DNA of 64,000 nucleotides from Candidatus Micrarchaeota archaeon (GTDB lineage Archaea; Micrarchaeota; Micrarchaeia; Anstonellales; Bilamarchaeaceae), in assembly GCA_964434735.1 (NCBI GenBank), contig CAYSWK010000001.1, positions 2,537 to 66,536 on the forward strand, given 5' to 3'. The notes below the pieces were generated by a model that was given only the letters and a program-made list of their open reading frames with translations, was not told where the DNA came from and made no database searches. Shown here in pieces: positions 10,620 to 19,264 of this stretch (within the stretch, counting starts at the first letter, position 1; every line of letters begins with the position of its first letter). The translations under genes were made by a program, and so were the position numbers.

Positions 10620-10662
10620 GCTCAAACAATATCTTTTTATTTTATGCTTTAAACAGTTAATT

Positions 10663-10911
10663 ATGAACGGCCGCGTTAAGGGACAGCTCTCTGCTGAAAT
10701 GCTTCTTTTAATAGTTGTGATAATCGCAATCATTGGAATTGCCGCAACACAGCTCCTTGGAAGCTCAAAAAATGCCTCAGAAACGATCAAGAACTCATCA
10801 AACCTCATAGTTGAGGATTCGTCACGAAGCCTCCTCAGAGGCCCGGGTGAGCCTTGTTCGGTAGATAACATCTGTGAATCAAACAGATGCCTTGAAGGAA
10901 AATGCGAATAG
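10663..10911 (+). CDS. Archaeal type IV pilin-like protein (class III signal peptide) with a Cys-rich C-terminal tail
   Basis: MNGRVKGQ|LSAEMLLLIVVIIAIIGIAA is a KGQ cleavage motif followed by a hydrophobic helix with Glu at +5. The C-terminus CSVDNICESNRCLEGKC has four Cys. Confidence 0.55.
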   Translation: MNGRVKGQLSAEMLLLIVVIIAIIGIAATQLLGSSKNASETIKNSSNLIVEDSSRSLLRGPGEPCSVDNICESNRCLEGKCE

Positions 10912-11103
10912 TCTCTCTTTTTTTAATAAGTTTAATAAGAGGGAGAAGTTCAGAGTATACTTTCGTCCAGCAAGAAACAAGAGCCTTGAATAAATCAGTA
11001 CGTAGCCCAACTTCTTTTAGAGTTAAAATGAAAAACAACGAAAGGATTCAAGATCGCAAATGAAATCGATTCCAAAATAAAAGAATAAAAATAAATAAAA
11101 AAA

Positions 11104-11766
11104 CTAGAAGTTAAAGTGTTCCCTGACGTCCTTCAACATCTGCTTTGCTTGATCCTGTCCACCTAAACCAAATGCAAGTGCAAAGGCAAGTGCAAGACCA
11201 TAAGCTACTGCTGAAATGACTATCTGGAAAATGCTTTCAATGATCGAAGTATCAAATCCTACTGTGTTCAAACCGACAATCATACCTACGAACACAATAA
11301 GTGCCTTTACGACATTTGCGGCACTTGATACTACTTCGGACTTCTTATCAAGACCGACCATTTCCTCTTTTACCCATTCACCCAGTAATGCTGAGAATAC
11401 TACGAAGAGTACTGCACCCATTACGGCTGGAGCATAGAGTACGATCAGGTTAAGGAATCCAACAAGAACTGAAAGTTGCAAGAACGAAATTGCTGAAGTC
11501 AAGAATACCAATATAACATAGTATTTGACAACACGTTCTACAACTGAACTTATTGAAATCTTACCCAATGCATCGTCGATCTTGTGTGCCGCGAGCATTT
11601 TTTCAAAATTGACCGCTACAAACAATTTTCGCACAAGCATGCTAATTAAGTTTGCAACGAGAACACCCACGACAAATATCACAACTGCAAAAATTGCAGA
11701 TGGTATAAAGTCCAAAAGGCCAAGAAGCTTGACCGTTACTGCGTCTTGAATTGCTACAATATCCAT
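11104..11766 (-). CDS. Membrane protein with repeated conserved TM-helix segments (MscS-N-terminal-like)
   Basis: 220 aa, about 5 TM helices, GGQDQ near the C-terminus; no catalytic motifs. Confidence 0.4.
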   Translation of the reverse strand: MDIVAIQDAVTVKLLGLLDFIPSAIFAVVIFVVGVLVANLISMLVRKLFVAVNFEKMLAAHKIDDALGKISISSVVERVVKYYVILVFLTSAISFLQLSVLVGFLNLIVLYAPAVMGAVLFVVFSALLGEWVKEEMVGLDKKSEVVSSAANVVKALIVFVGMIVGLNTVGFDTSIIESIFQIVISAVAYGLALAFALAFGLGGQDQAKQMLKDVREHFNF

Positions 11767-11907
11767 TATATTACCCCCCGTAGTTTATACGGAAATGGCA
11801 TATGCACTAAGTGATAATTTATAAAGGTTTTGGCGGGCTACGGCGAACGAAAAGTTCCCGGTTTCGGGTTTCCAGCTTTGCCAGATTCAACTTACTATAT
11901 TAACAAC

Positions 11908-11916
11908 TTTTAAATA
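11908..11916 (+). promoter_or_regulatory. TATA-box-like element (TTTAAATA) upstream of the MIPS gene
   Basis: AT-rich TTTAAATA about 31 nt upstream of the ATG at 11947, consistent with an archaeal TATA box and a short leader. Confidence 0.35.
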
Positions 11917-11946
11917 GTTTGCAAAATAGAATATAGTGTTGATACT

Positions 11947-13035
11947 ATGTCAAAGATTCGCGCAGCTGTTGTTGGAATAGGAAATTGTTTCTCAGGGCTA
12001 ATCCAAGGAATTGAGTATTATCGTTCCAATCCTTCTGAAAAAGTCATTGGGATCATGCATCAGTCTTTGGCAGGATATACCATTCATGACATTGAATTTG
12101 TGTGTGGATTTGATGTTGGGGAGAACAAAATAGGCGAATCCATTTCAGAAGCAATTTACCAGGAACCAAACCTTGTTACCTGGATTCCAAAAGAAAAAAT
12201 GCCAAAAACTGCTGGGCGAGTATATGAAGCGCCCGCACTCGATGGCGTAGGTATTTGGGTTGAAAATAAAGTCCATCCTATTACTAGTAAGAAAAGCACT
12301 GAGGAATTAACAAAGGAAATTCACAAAATACTTAAGGAAACAAAAGCGGAAATTCTTGTTTCTTATTTACCCGTAGGTTCAGAGAAAGCAACAAAGTATT
12401 GGGCGCAAGTATGTCTTGATTGCAACGTCGCGTTTGTAAATTGCATGCCTTCGTTCATTGCTTCAGAACCTTCCTGGGCTGAAAAATTCACTAAAAAGAA
12501 TATCCCGATTATCGGTGATGATATTAAAGGCCAAGTTGGTGCAACTATCGTGCATCGAACACTTGCACGACTTTGTGACGAACGAGGAACAAAGATTGAA
12601 AAAACATACCAAATCAACGTTGGTGGAAACACTGATTTTCTTAATATGAAGGAGCAGGACCGGCTTGTGTCTAAGAAAATTTCAAAAACTGAATCGGTTC
12701 AAAGCCAACTTTCAGAACGACTTCCTGATGATAAAATTTACGTGGGCCCCTCCGATTTCATCCCCTTCCTTGGAAACACCAAATTAATGTTTATGCGCAT
12801 CGAAGGAATGATGTGGGCAGGACGACCCTATAATATGGAAGTACGCCTTGAGGTTGATGACAAGGCCAATTCTGCAGGAATTGTCATAGATGCTATCCGC
12901 TTAGCAAAAATTGCTCTTGATAGGAAAATGGGTGGTCCAATTATCCCTGCAAGTGCGTATTTGATGAAGCACCCTCCGCAACAAATGAGTGATCCAGAGG
13001 CTCGAAAAGCGCTTGAGGAGTTTGTAAAAGGATAA
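11947..13035 (+). CDS. myo-inositol-1-phosphate synthase (archaeal type)
   Basis: N-terminal Rossmann AAVVGIGNCFSGLIQGIEYY, then VGGNTDFLNM and GPSDFIPFLGNTK, all characteristic of MIPS. Confidence 0.85.
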   Translation: MSKIRAAVVGIGNCFSGLIQGIEYYRSNPSEKVIGIMHQSLAGYTIHDIEFVCGFDVGENKIGESISEAIYQEPNLVTWIPKEKMPKTAGRVYEAPALDGVGIWVENKVHPITSKKSTEELTKEIHKILKETKAEILVSYLPVGSEKATKYWAQVCLDCNVAFVNCMPSFIASEPSWAEKFTKKNIPIIGDDIKGQVGATIVHRTLARLCDERGTKIEKTYQINVGGNTDFLNMKEQDRLVSKKISKTESVQSQLSERLPDDKIYVGPSDFIPFLGNTKLMFMRIEGMMWAGRPYNMEVRLEVDDKANSAGIVIDAIRLAKIALDRKMGGPIIPASAYLMKHPPQQMSDPEARKALEEFVKG

Positions 13036-13059
13036 AAAGGTTGATAGGGAAGAAAAAAT

Positions 13060-13506
13060 ATGGAATCCATCAAACTGACGCTCATCTTTATTGGAGGCGT
13101 TCTTATCATTCTTGCATTAGCTGATTGGTACACGCAAAGCTACAAATACCAATCATGGCAGAAGCTAGATGGAAAGGTTACGAGTGCCAAAATGCTTGAA
13201 GACAGCCAAGGTAGAGTATATCTTATAGTTCCTTTTTGGCATCCTGAAATAAGATACACCTATTCTTTTGAAAATAAAAAATATTCTGGAGAATACAAAG
13301 AACATCCTAATCTTGAAAAAGAACGAATCGAACAAACGATTGCAGCACTTCAAAAAAACCCTTCAATTGAGGTATTAATTAATCCAAAAAACCCAACCGA
13401 ATCAATGCCTACGATGTTTATTGATAGGTACTCCTGGACACGAATACTCATGGCTATTGGCGGATTATTATTTATTGCAGGTGCCTTTTTGATCAATTTC
13501 AAATAA
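13060..13506 (+). CDS. Membrane protein, DUF3592-like
   Basis: N- and C-terminal TM helices flanking a beta-rich domain. Confidence 0.4.
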   Translation: MESIKLTLIFIGGVLIILALADWYTQSYKYQSWQKLDGKVTSAKMLEDSQGRVYLIVPFWHPEIRYTYSFENKKYSGEYKEHPNLEKERIEQTIAALQKNPSIEVLINPKNPTESMPTMFIDRYSWTRILMAIGGLLFIAGAFLINFK

Positions 13507-13563
13507 ACACAAAAAACCATTAAAAAACATATGTTTAAATAGGACAACCGAGTAACTAGTATT

Positions 13564-14424
13564 ATGAGAGAGAGGGTTGTTCCAAAACTGCCACTACAAG
13601 GTGGGATTCCAGCACCTTTACGTGAGCCGTTGGCACCCGATACAATTATAGGCACCTATAAAATAACTCATTCGCTCGGTAAAGGAGGGCAGGCGCGAGT
13701 CTATAGAGGAACGTGCCAACAAACGGGAAGAAATGTTGCAATCAAACAAACGATAACGACTGACTCTAAAGCAACTGCACAACTAAGAAAGGAAGCAGAC
13801 CATCTTTCATCACTCAAAGGCGTAACAGGAGTTGTATCTCTCATTGAATTAGACTCCCATGAACGATTTATGGCATTAGGATACGTCTCTGGACCTTCAC
13901 TCGCAAGAAAAGGATATGATCAAAATAGCACCTGGAGAGTACTTGCAACTGCGGCATGTGCAACATTACGAATTCTTAATGATGTACATGAAAATGGTGT
14001 GATTCATCGCGATGTAAAACCACAAAATATACTCGTGTCACCCGGAGGTCCCATCCTTATTGATTTTGGAATGGCACATACTGAAGGAACAATAACGCCT
14101 TCAAATAGGTGTGTAGTAGGCACTCCTACGTATATGGCGCCAGAACAAGCAATCGATCTGGAAAACGTTGATGGAAGAGCAGACATCTACTCAGTTGCAA
14201 CTATGCTATATCATGCGGCATTCGGCACATTTCCTTTTAGAGCAGATAGAGCAATAGAACTTCTTAGAATGAAACAACATGATAGGCCCCCGCTTCATCT
14301 TCCGTTTGCACGCGAAGGAGTGCCTGAAGGGATCCGCGACATACTTGCAAAAGGACTTGCACGTGATCCTGAAGAAAGATTCCAAACCGCAAAGGAATTT
14401 GCACAAGCACTTGAACAGGCATAA
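13564..14424 (+). CDS. Hanks-type (eukaryotic-like) Ser/Thr protein kinase, catalytic domain only
   Basis: GKGGQARVY (Gly loop), VAIK (beta-3 Lys), HRDVKPQNILV (catalytic loop), DFGMA, GTPTYMAPE. The coding sequence is visibly GC-richer than its neighbours. Confidence 0.8.
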   Translation: MRERVVPKLPLQGGIPAPLREPLAPDTIIGTYKITHSLGKGGQARVYRGTCQQTGRNVAIKQTITTDSKATAQLRKEADHLSSLKGVTGVVSLIELDSHERFMALGYVSGPSLARKGYDQNSTWRVLATAACATLRILNDVHENGVIHRDVKPQNILVSPGGPILIDFGMAHTEGTITPSNRCVVGTPTYMAPEQAIDLENVDGRADIYSVATMLYHAAFGTFPFRADRAIELLRMKQHDRPPLHLPFAREGVPEGIRDILAKGLARDPEERFQTAKEFAQALEQA

Positions 14425-15138
14425 CTAAAGCACCGGGAAAAAAGGTACCTTAAAGTTGTTTTTAACCAGCTCATCGATGAGCATCTTTTTTATCCTAAAA
14501 TACTCCTCCTTTGAATACTGTCTGTTTGCGATGCAGTATTGCTTTGACACCAAATGAAAACAGAACATACAATCCCTCAAATCAAACGAGTTATGGCAAA
14601 ACAGGGAATTTGAGCATTTGGCACTAAAACTTACCTCAAAACAATTGGTAAGAAGCTTGCTATCCTGAGTACGTAAACAGAACGAAGAGGAAAGCATGTT
14701 CTTTGAGCCAAATACGTACTCGCAATTGTTAAGAAGCGTCGAAAAACCGATGTTTTTTGAATTTGAGATATAGTTTGAAGCAAACACCTTTGAACTGCCA
14801 TACACATTATCCGACTCAAACACCTCAGTACTCTGAATGGATTTACTGCCAAGAAAGGAAAAAAACGGCCGTATTAATGATTCAATATCAGCCAATGAGG
14901 AAATAGACTCTTGTTCTGCCATGAAGCCATGTGAAGATTCCTTTTTGATCACTTCTTCTTGGCTGATGGGCGAAGCAGCGTATTCAGTATATACTTTGGT
15001 GCCCAAAAGCGTTGTCTTGCACGCAAGTTGAGGGATTCCAGTACCAAAAATGCGACGGGCTTCTTCCAAAGAATATGAAGGCTCTCGGCCAAAAAGCTCC
15101 TGAAAAACGGCATTAAATTGCTGTTGAAGTGGATTCAT
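14425..15138 (-). CDS. Hypothetical Cys/Asn/Ser-rich repeat protein, translationally coupled to the upstream HerA-like ATPase
   Basis: 237 aa. Its start overlaps the stop of the ATPase gene. The C-terminal half carries a roughly 9-11 aa periodic N/S/F/C repeat (SKVFASNYISNSKNIGFSTLLNNCEYVFGSKNMLSSSFC...CHNSFDLRDCMFCFH), suggesting a beta-solenoid. No family was recognised. Confidence 0.5.
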   Translation of the reverse strand: MNPLQQQFNAVFQELFGREPSYSLEEARRIFGTGIPQLACKTTLLGTKVYTEYAASPISQEEVIKKESSHGFMAEQESISSLADIESLIRPFFSFLGSKSIQSTEVFESDNVYGSSKVFASNYISNSKNIGFSTLLNNCEYVFGSKNMLSSSFCLRTQDSKLLTNCFEVSFSAKCSNSLFCHNSFDLRDCMFCFHLVSKQYCIANRQYSKEEYFRIKKMLIDELVKNNFKVPFFPVL

Positions 15139-16881
15139 CTAAATCACCATAGGAGCATCGATTGTGCGCACCTTTATGGGTTTTGCAAAAGAACCGTTCT
15201 GCATAATACGCACAACACATTCACGAGGATGGCTTTCGGTAAGGATTTCCATCTTCTTCTCCTCTATTTCAGCAAATGACTTGCCCGTTTCAAAAATAGG
15301 GTTAAGCTCAAGGTTCATCATCTCTTTTGCCACTTTTGCATCATCACGGTTTATCTTAAAGAAAAAAAGGTTGACCATGTTTGCCTTAATAGAGTTCGTA
15401 AGATCCTGCGAAAGCTGGCCCAAATACTGCTGGGAAAGAATAAGGGTAAGGCCAAATTTACGTGATTCTGAAAGAATATGTGCAAGGGCAGGATTTTGCA
15501 CAAGGGAAGCTTCATCAACGATAAGAAGCACCTTTTTCTTGAATATCCCTGCCTGGCTCAACGTAAATACCTGCTGCAAGATGGCCCCACCTACGAATTT
15601 AGTCATGTTCTTGCCAAGAAAGGCAGGGTTGACTGTAGCAAAAATGGCCGAATTTGAAAGAAGAAGGTCGGGAAGCGCATATTGCTTTGCGTCTTGGATC
15701 CCCGCGCTCAAAAGCGTGTATTCATTGATAAGATTAATGATAGGAAGCACCGCCACATCATAGCGCTGGGTTGAAAGCTCAAGATACTCAATTTCAAAAA
15801 AACGCTTGAGTACTTCGTTTTCGCTCCCCCGAATAAAATTCTTGCGTGCAAGCGTATCGGTAAGAAGAAGGCTCAAGTTTGAGAGGCTCATGCGCTGAGT
15901 TGAAAAAAGAAGGTAAAGTGCGTGCTTGAGCACACGAAGGACGTACGGGTTCTTCTCAAAATCTATAAATGATGAGAAAAGTGAAAGCGTAAGCTCGGTT
16001 GACATGGAAGGTTCCCCTGCATTTGAGAACAACTGAAGCGCTTCTGTCCTAAAGTCAATGTGCCGCTTGATAACGTCGTGCGCATGCTTTTGCACTTCTC
16101 CATGGGGGTCAATAAAAATAACGGAATAGTCCTTCAAAAGCCCGGAAGCAGCAAGCCCGCGAATGAACAGCTCAAGGAACTTACTTTTTCCAGAACCACT
16201 TTGTCCTACAATTAAAGAATGCTTGGAAAAGTCAAAATCATTGACTCCAAAACGACCCGTGCCATTCTGAAACAAAATACCTTGCGGTGCGTCAGAATGC
16301 TGATTAAGATCTGAATTTTTAAGTTCAACCGTAACCTTATCAACCGATTTTTCAACAGTGTTTTGCACGCCAAATGAAAGGAAACGTAAAGGATCATGAA
16401 CAACAATTGATTCCTTTTTACCGTCAGAATAGATTATGGTTCCGCAACCAACGCTTGGATTAAACGGCTGCTTTATAGATAGAGTAAGCACAAGCAAATC
16501 AACCGAACGATTACGCTTAACCTGCTCTTGCGAATTGAAGGAAAAAATACTCGTATGATAAATGGGACGAAGACCAATCCCTTTTCCGACTCGAAAAACA
16601 GGCGAAGGAACAGCGATGACGCGCATAGGGTGAAACAGCGAATTTCCGTTCTCAAGAAGAGGGATGTCCTTGATAAAATAACGAATGCGCCCCCCTTGAA
16701 CTTGCACAAGAAGCGTTACTGTCCAGGCAAAACTTGAGAGTTTTTCAAGAAATACGCTCCAGTCATGAGGAGTAATTTCATCTTTGTAAAAGGAAAGCTG
16801 ATAGAAACTCTCATGGGAAGGTACGTTTTTTTGATACTGCCCAAATGCAAGGCTTTTCCCAGATGAAGTGGTGGAGTTCAT
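15139..16881 (-). CDS. HerA/FtsK-superfamily ATPase, DUF87-like (HerA/VirB4/CedB-type)
   Basis: Walker A LIVGQSGSGKSKF, the DUF87-type VIFIDPHGE motif about 30 aa after the P-loop, Walker B KVLLIVDEASL. The start is taken at MNSTTSS. Confidence 0.75.
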   Translation of the reverse strand: MNSTTSSGKSLAFGQYQKNVPSHESFYQLSFYKDEITPHDWSVFLEKLSSFAWTVTLLVQVQGGRIRYFIKDIPLLENGNSLFHPMRVIAVPSPVFRVGKGIGLRPIYHTSIFSFNSQEQVKRNRSVDLLVLTLSIKQPFNPSVGCGTIIYSDGKKESIVVHDPLRFLSFGVQNTVEKSVDKVTVELKNSDLNQHSDAPQGILFQNGTGRFGVNDFDFSKHSLIVGQSGSGKSKFLELFIRGLAASGLLKDYSVIFIDPHGEVQKHAHDVIKRHIDFRTEALQLFSNAGEPSMSTELTLSLFSSFIDFEKNPYVLRVLKHALYLLFSTQRMSLSNLSLLLTDTLARKNFIRGSENEVLKRFFEIEYLELSTQRYDVAVLPIINLINEYTLLSAGIQDAKQYALPDLLLSNSAIFATVNPAFLGKNMTKFVGGAILQQVFTLSQAGIFKKKVLLIVDEASLVQNPALAHILSESRKFGLTLILSQQYLGQLSQDLTNSIKANMVNLFFFKINRDDAKVAKEMMNLELNPIFETGKSFAEIEEKKMEILTESHPRECVVRIMQNGSFAKPIKVRTIDAPMVI

Positions 16882-16980
16882 AGAACTACTTGAGCAAAAC
16901 GAAGCATATAATATGCTGCATTCAGAACTAAGCAAAATATGGAAAAGAATTTAAATAAATACGTATAATGATTAATATTT

Positions 16981-17979
16981 ATGGGATTAGACAAGAAAGA
17001 CGTAAAAATATTAAAAATTATATCCGATAATGCAAGGATTCCGGTAACCGAACTGGCAAAACAAGTGGAGTTATCAAAAGATGCTGTTTCGTACCGATTG
17101 AGTAACCTTGAAGCTAATGGCGCAATAAGCAAATATATCTCATACATTTCATTGCCGGCATTAGGGTATACTTCGTTTCAAGTCACGTTACGACTTGCCG
17201 GAGGGAAGGAAAGCCTTGAAAAAACAGTCGAATTCCTCAAAAAACATCCGTTTTGTATCAATGCATTTACAACGCTTGGTGCATGGGATGTCTTGGCTGA
17301 ATTTGCCGCCCAAAATGAAGTTGAAGTCGCCAAAATCATGAATGAAATTGCGGAGCACCTTGGAAATATGCTTGAGGCAATAGACTCAAAAATGCCATTT
17401 TACTTATACAAAAGGCCAAGCACACGTGGACTTCTTGAGCAGGAAATGGAACACCTAGAAACAAACGAAAACCCGTCTTTTGGAAGCGCAAAACTCGATG
17501 AAACGGATGTTAAAATACTATCGCTCCTTTCGGAGCACGGGCGAATAAAACTAACCGAACTTGCAGAAAAACTTGGTATCGAACGAGACGTTGTAGCATA
17601 TCGAAAAAAACAACTTGAAGAAAAAGGTGTGATTGATAAGTACCAAACACGTCTTGACCTTTCATTTTTTGAATATTCTGATTACTACCTTACAATAAAA
17701 ATGAAAAATATGATACGAAGCCAGGAAGAACTATTCAAAAGGTATATCCAATCCTCACCAAATGTCACGTATGGTTTCAGAAGCGCTGCGGCGTTCGAAG
17801 CTATACTTTTTTATGCCGCACGTTCTCCTAAAGAATTTCATGAACAAATTATGGAGTTAAGAAATACGTTTTCATCGTTTCTTCAATCATTTGAAGTGCT
17901 CGTGGTCCTTAAAAATCACCATTATACTTTATTCCCTGTTGGGATACAATCAAAGATTTTAGAAAAAAGACCGGGTTAA
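16981..17979 (+). CDS. Tandem-fused Lrp/AsnC-family transcription regulator (two HTH plus two RAM-like modules)
   Basis: Two copies of D.KILK/D.KILSLLSE...ELA..V..S...V..R...LE..G.I spaced about 170 aa apart; 332 aa, twice the usual Lrp length. Confidence 0.7.
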   Translation: MGLDKKDVKILKIISDNARIPVTELAKQVELSKDAVSYRLSNLEANGAISKYISYISLPALGYTSFQVTLRLAGGKESLEKTVEFLKKHPFCINAFTTLGAWDVLAEFAAQNEVEVAKIMNEIAEHLGNMLEAIDSKMPFYLYKRPSTRGLLEQEMEHLETNENPSFGSAKLDETDVKILSLLSEHGRIKLTELAEKLGIERDVVAYRKKQLEEKGVIDKYQTRLDLSFFEYSDYYLTIKMKNMIRSQEELFKRYIQSSPNVTYGFRSAAAFEAILFYAARSPKEFHEQIMELRNTFSSFLQSFEVLVVLKNHHYTLFPVGIQSKILEKRPG

Positions 17980-18007
17980 AAATACTTTTACGCTATTTTT
18001 AGGATAT

Positions 18008-19240
18008 ATGTCTAACCTTGAGCACGAGCTCGCCCAATTTGGGATTCGCCCAGGTCTTGAGCGTATGGAAAAGTTAATGCTGGCACTTGGAAATCCCCAT
18101 AAAAAGCTCAAGGTCATTCTAGTCACCGGAACAAACGGAAAAGGCAGCACTACATCTTATATTGCAAGTATCCTAAAAGAAACAGGATATACGGTCGGAT
18201 CATATTTTTCCCCACATCTTATAGATAATACTGAAAGAATAAAAATAAACGGAATTGACATTTCAAAAAATAAATTTAATGAATATGAAAAAATGCTTCT
18301 TGCACTCCATTCAAAAGGACAAGAAATGACGCTTTTTGAAGCACTTACCGCCATGGCATATATGCATTTTGTCAAAAATAACTGCGAATATGCGATTATG
18401 GAAATAGGGATGGGTGGGACTTATGATGCAACAAACCTTTCACAAGAAATTGCCTCAGTAATTACTACTATTGACTTCGACCATATGCAATACCTTGGAA
18501 AAACAATTGAAGAAATAACAAAGGATAAAGCAGGCATAATAAAAAGTTCAAAATTATGTGTAACGGGCACAACAGGTAAAGCTCTTGAAATAATAAAAGC
18601 AAAAACACATACTTTGGGTATTGAACTTTCAGTTATTGGCGAAACAATTCATATTTCAAACATACAAACCTATCCATCAAAAACGAGATTTGATTACCAA
18701 GGAAAAAATTCAATTAAAGGTATTGAAACCTCACTTGCCGGAGATTACCAGGCAAAAAATGCCGCACTTGCAATTGCCCTATGTGAACGAATAGAACGAG
18801 TCGATGAATCCTCAATACGAAAAGGAATCAAAAATGCGCAAAATCAAGGGCGCATGCAAATATTGCAAACAAAACCGTATGTTGTGCTTGATGGTGCTCA
18901 CAATCCAGAAGGAATACGTGTCCTTGTAAACAACCTGGGAATGTATGCTGCTAAAAAAATTATAGTCGTCTTTGGAGTTATGAAGGATAAGGATTGGAGA
19001 GAAATGATAAAAATTCTTGAACCAAATGTTAATGAATTTATTATAACTATGCCACACCTAGAACGCGCTGAAGATCCAAATATACTTGCAAAAGAGATAA
19101 TAAAACCCAAAAAAATAATAGAAAAAAGTGATGACGCCCTGAGGTATGCAATTCAACACGCAAACGAAAACGACCTTATTCTCGTGTGCGGCAGCCTTTA
19201 TTTGGTAGGGGAAATACTAACAAAAATCAAAACTATTTAG
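18008..19240 (+). CDS. folC: Mur-ligase-family protein, folylpolyglutamate synthase/dihydrofolate synthase-like
   Basis: VTGTNGKGST P-loop, DGAHNPEG motif; about 410 aa. Confidence 0.75.
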   Translation: MSNLEHELAQFGIRPGLERMEKLMLALGNPHKKLKVILVTGTNGKGSTTSYIASILKETGYTVGSYFSPHLIDNTERIKINGIDISKNKFNEYEKMLLALHSKGQEMTLFEALTAMAYMHFVKNNCEYAIMEIGMGGTYDATNLSQEIASVITTIDFDHMQYLGKTIEEITKDKAGIIKSSKLCVTGTTGKALEIIKAKTHTLGIELSVIGETIHISNIQTYPSKTRFDYQGKNSIKGIETSLAGDYQAKNAALAIALCERIERVDESSIRKGIKNAQNQGRMQILQTKPYVVLDGAHNPEGIRVLVNNLGMYAAKKIIVVFGVMKDKDWREMIKILEPNVNEFIITMPHLERAEDPNILAKEIIKPKKIIEKSDDALRYAIQHANENDLILVCGSLYLVGEILTKIKTI

Positions 19241-19264
19241 AACCCCCCGCAACGTTATATATTC

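Noticed and set aside
15164-15763. 199-aa plus-strand ORF antisense to the HerA-like ATPase
   Set aside because: It is fully embedded in a motif-supported gene on the other strand. Its composition is skewed (S/R-rich), typical of antisense translation.
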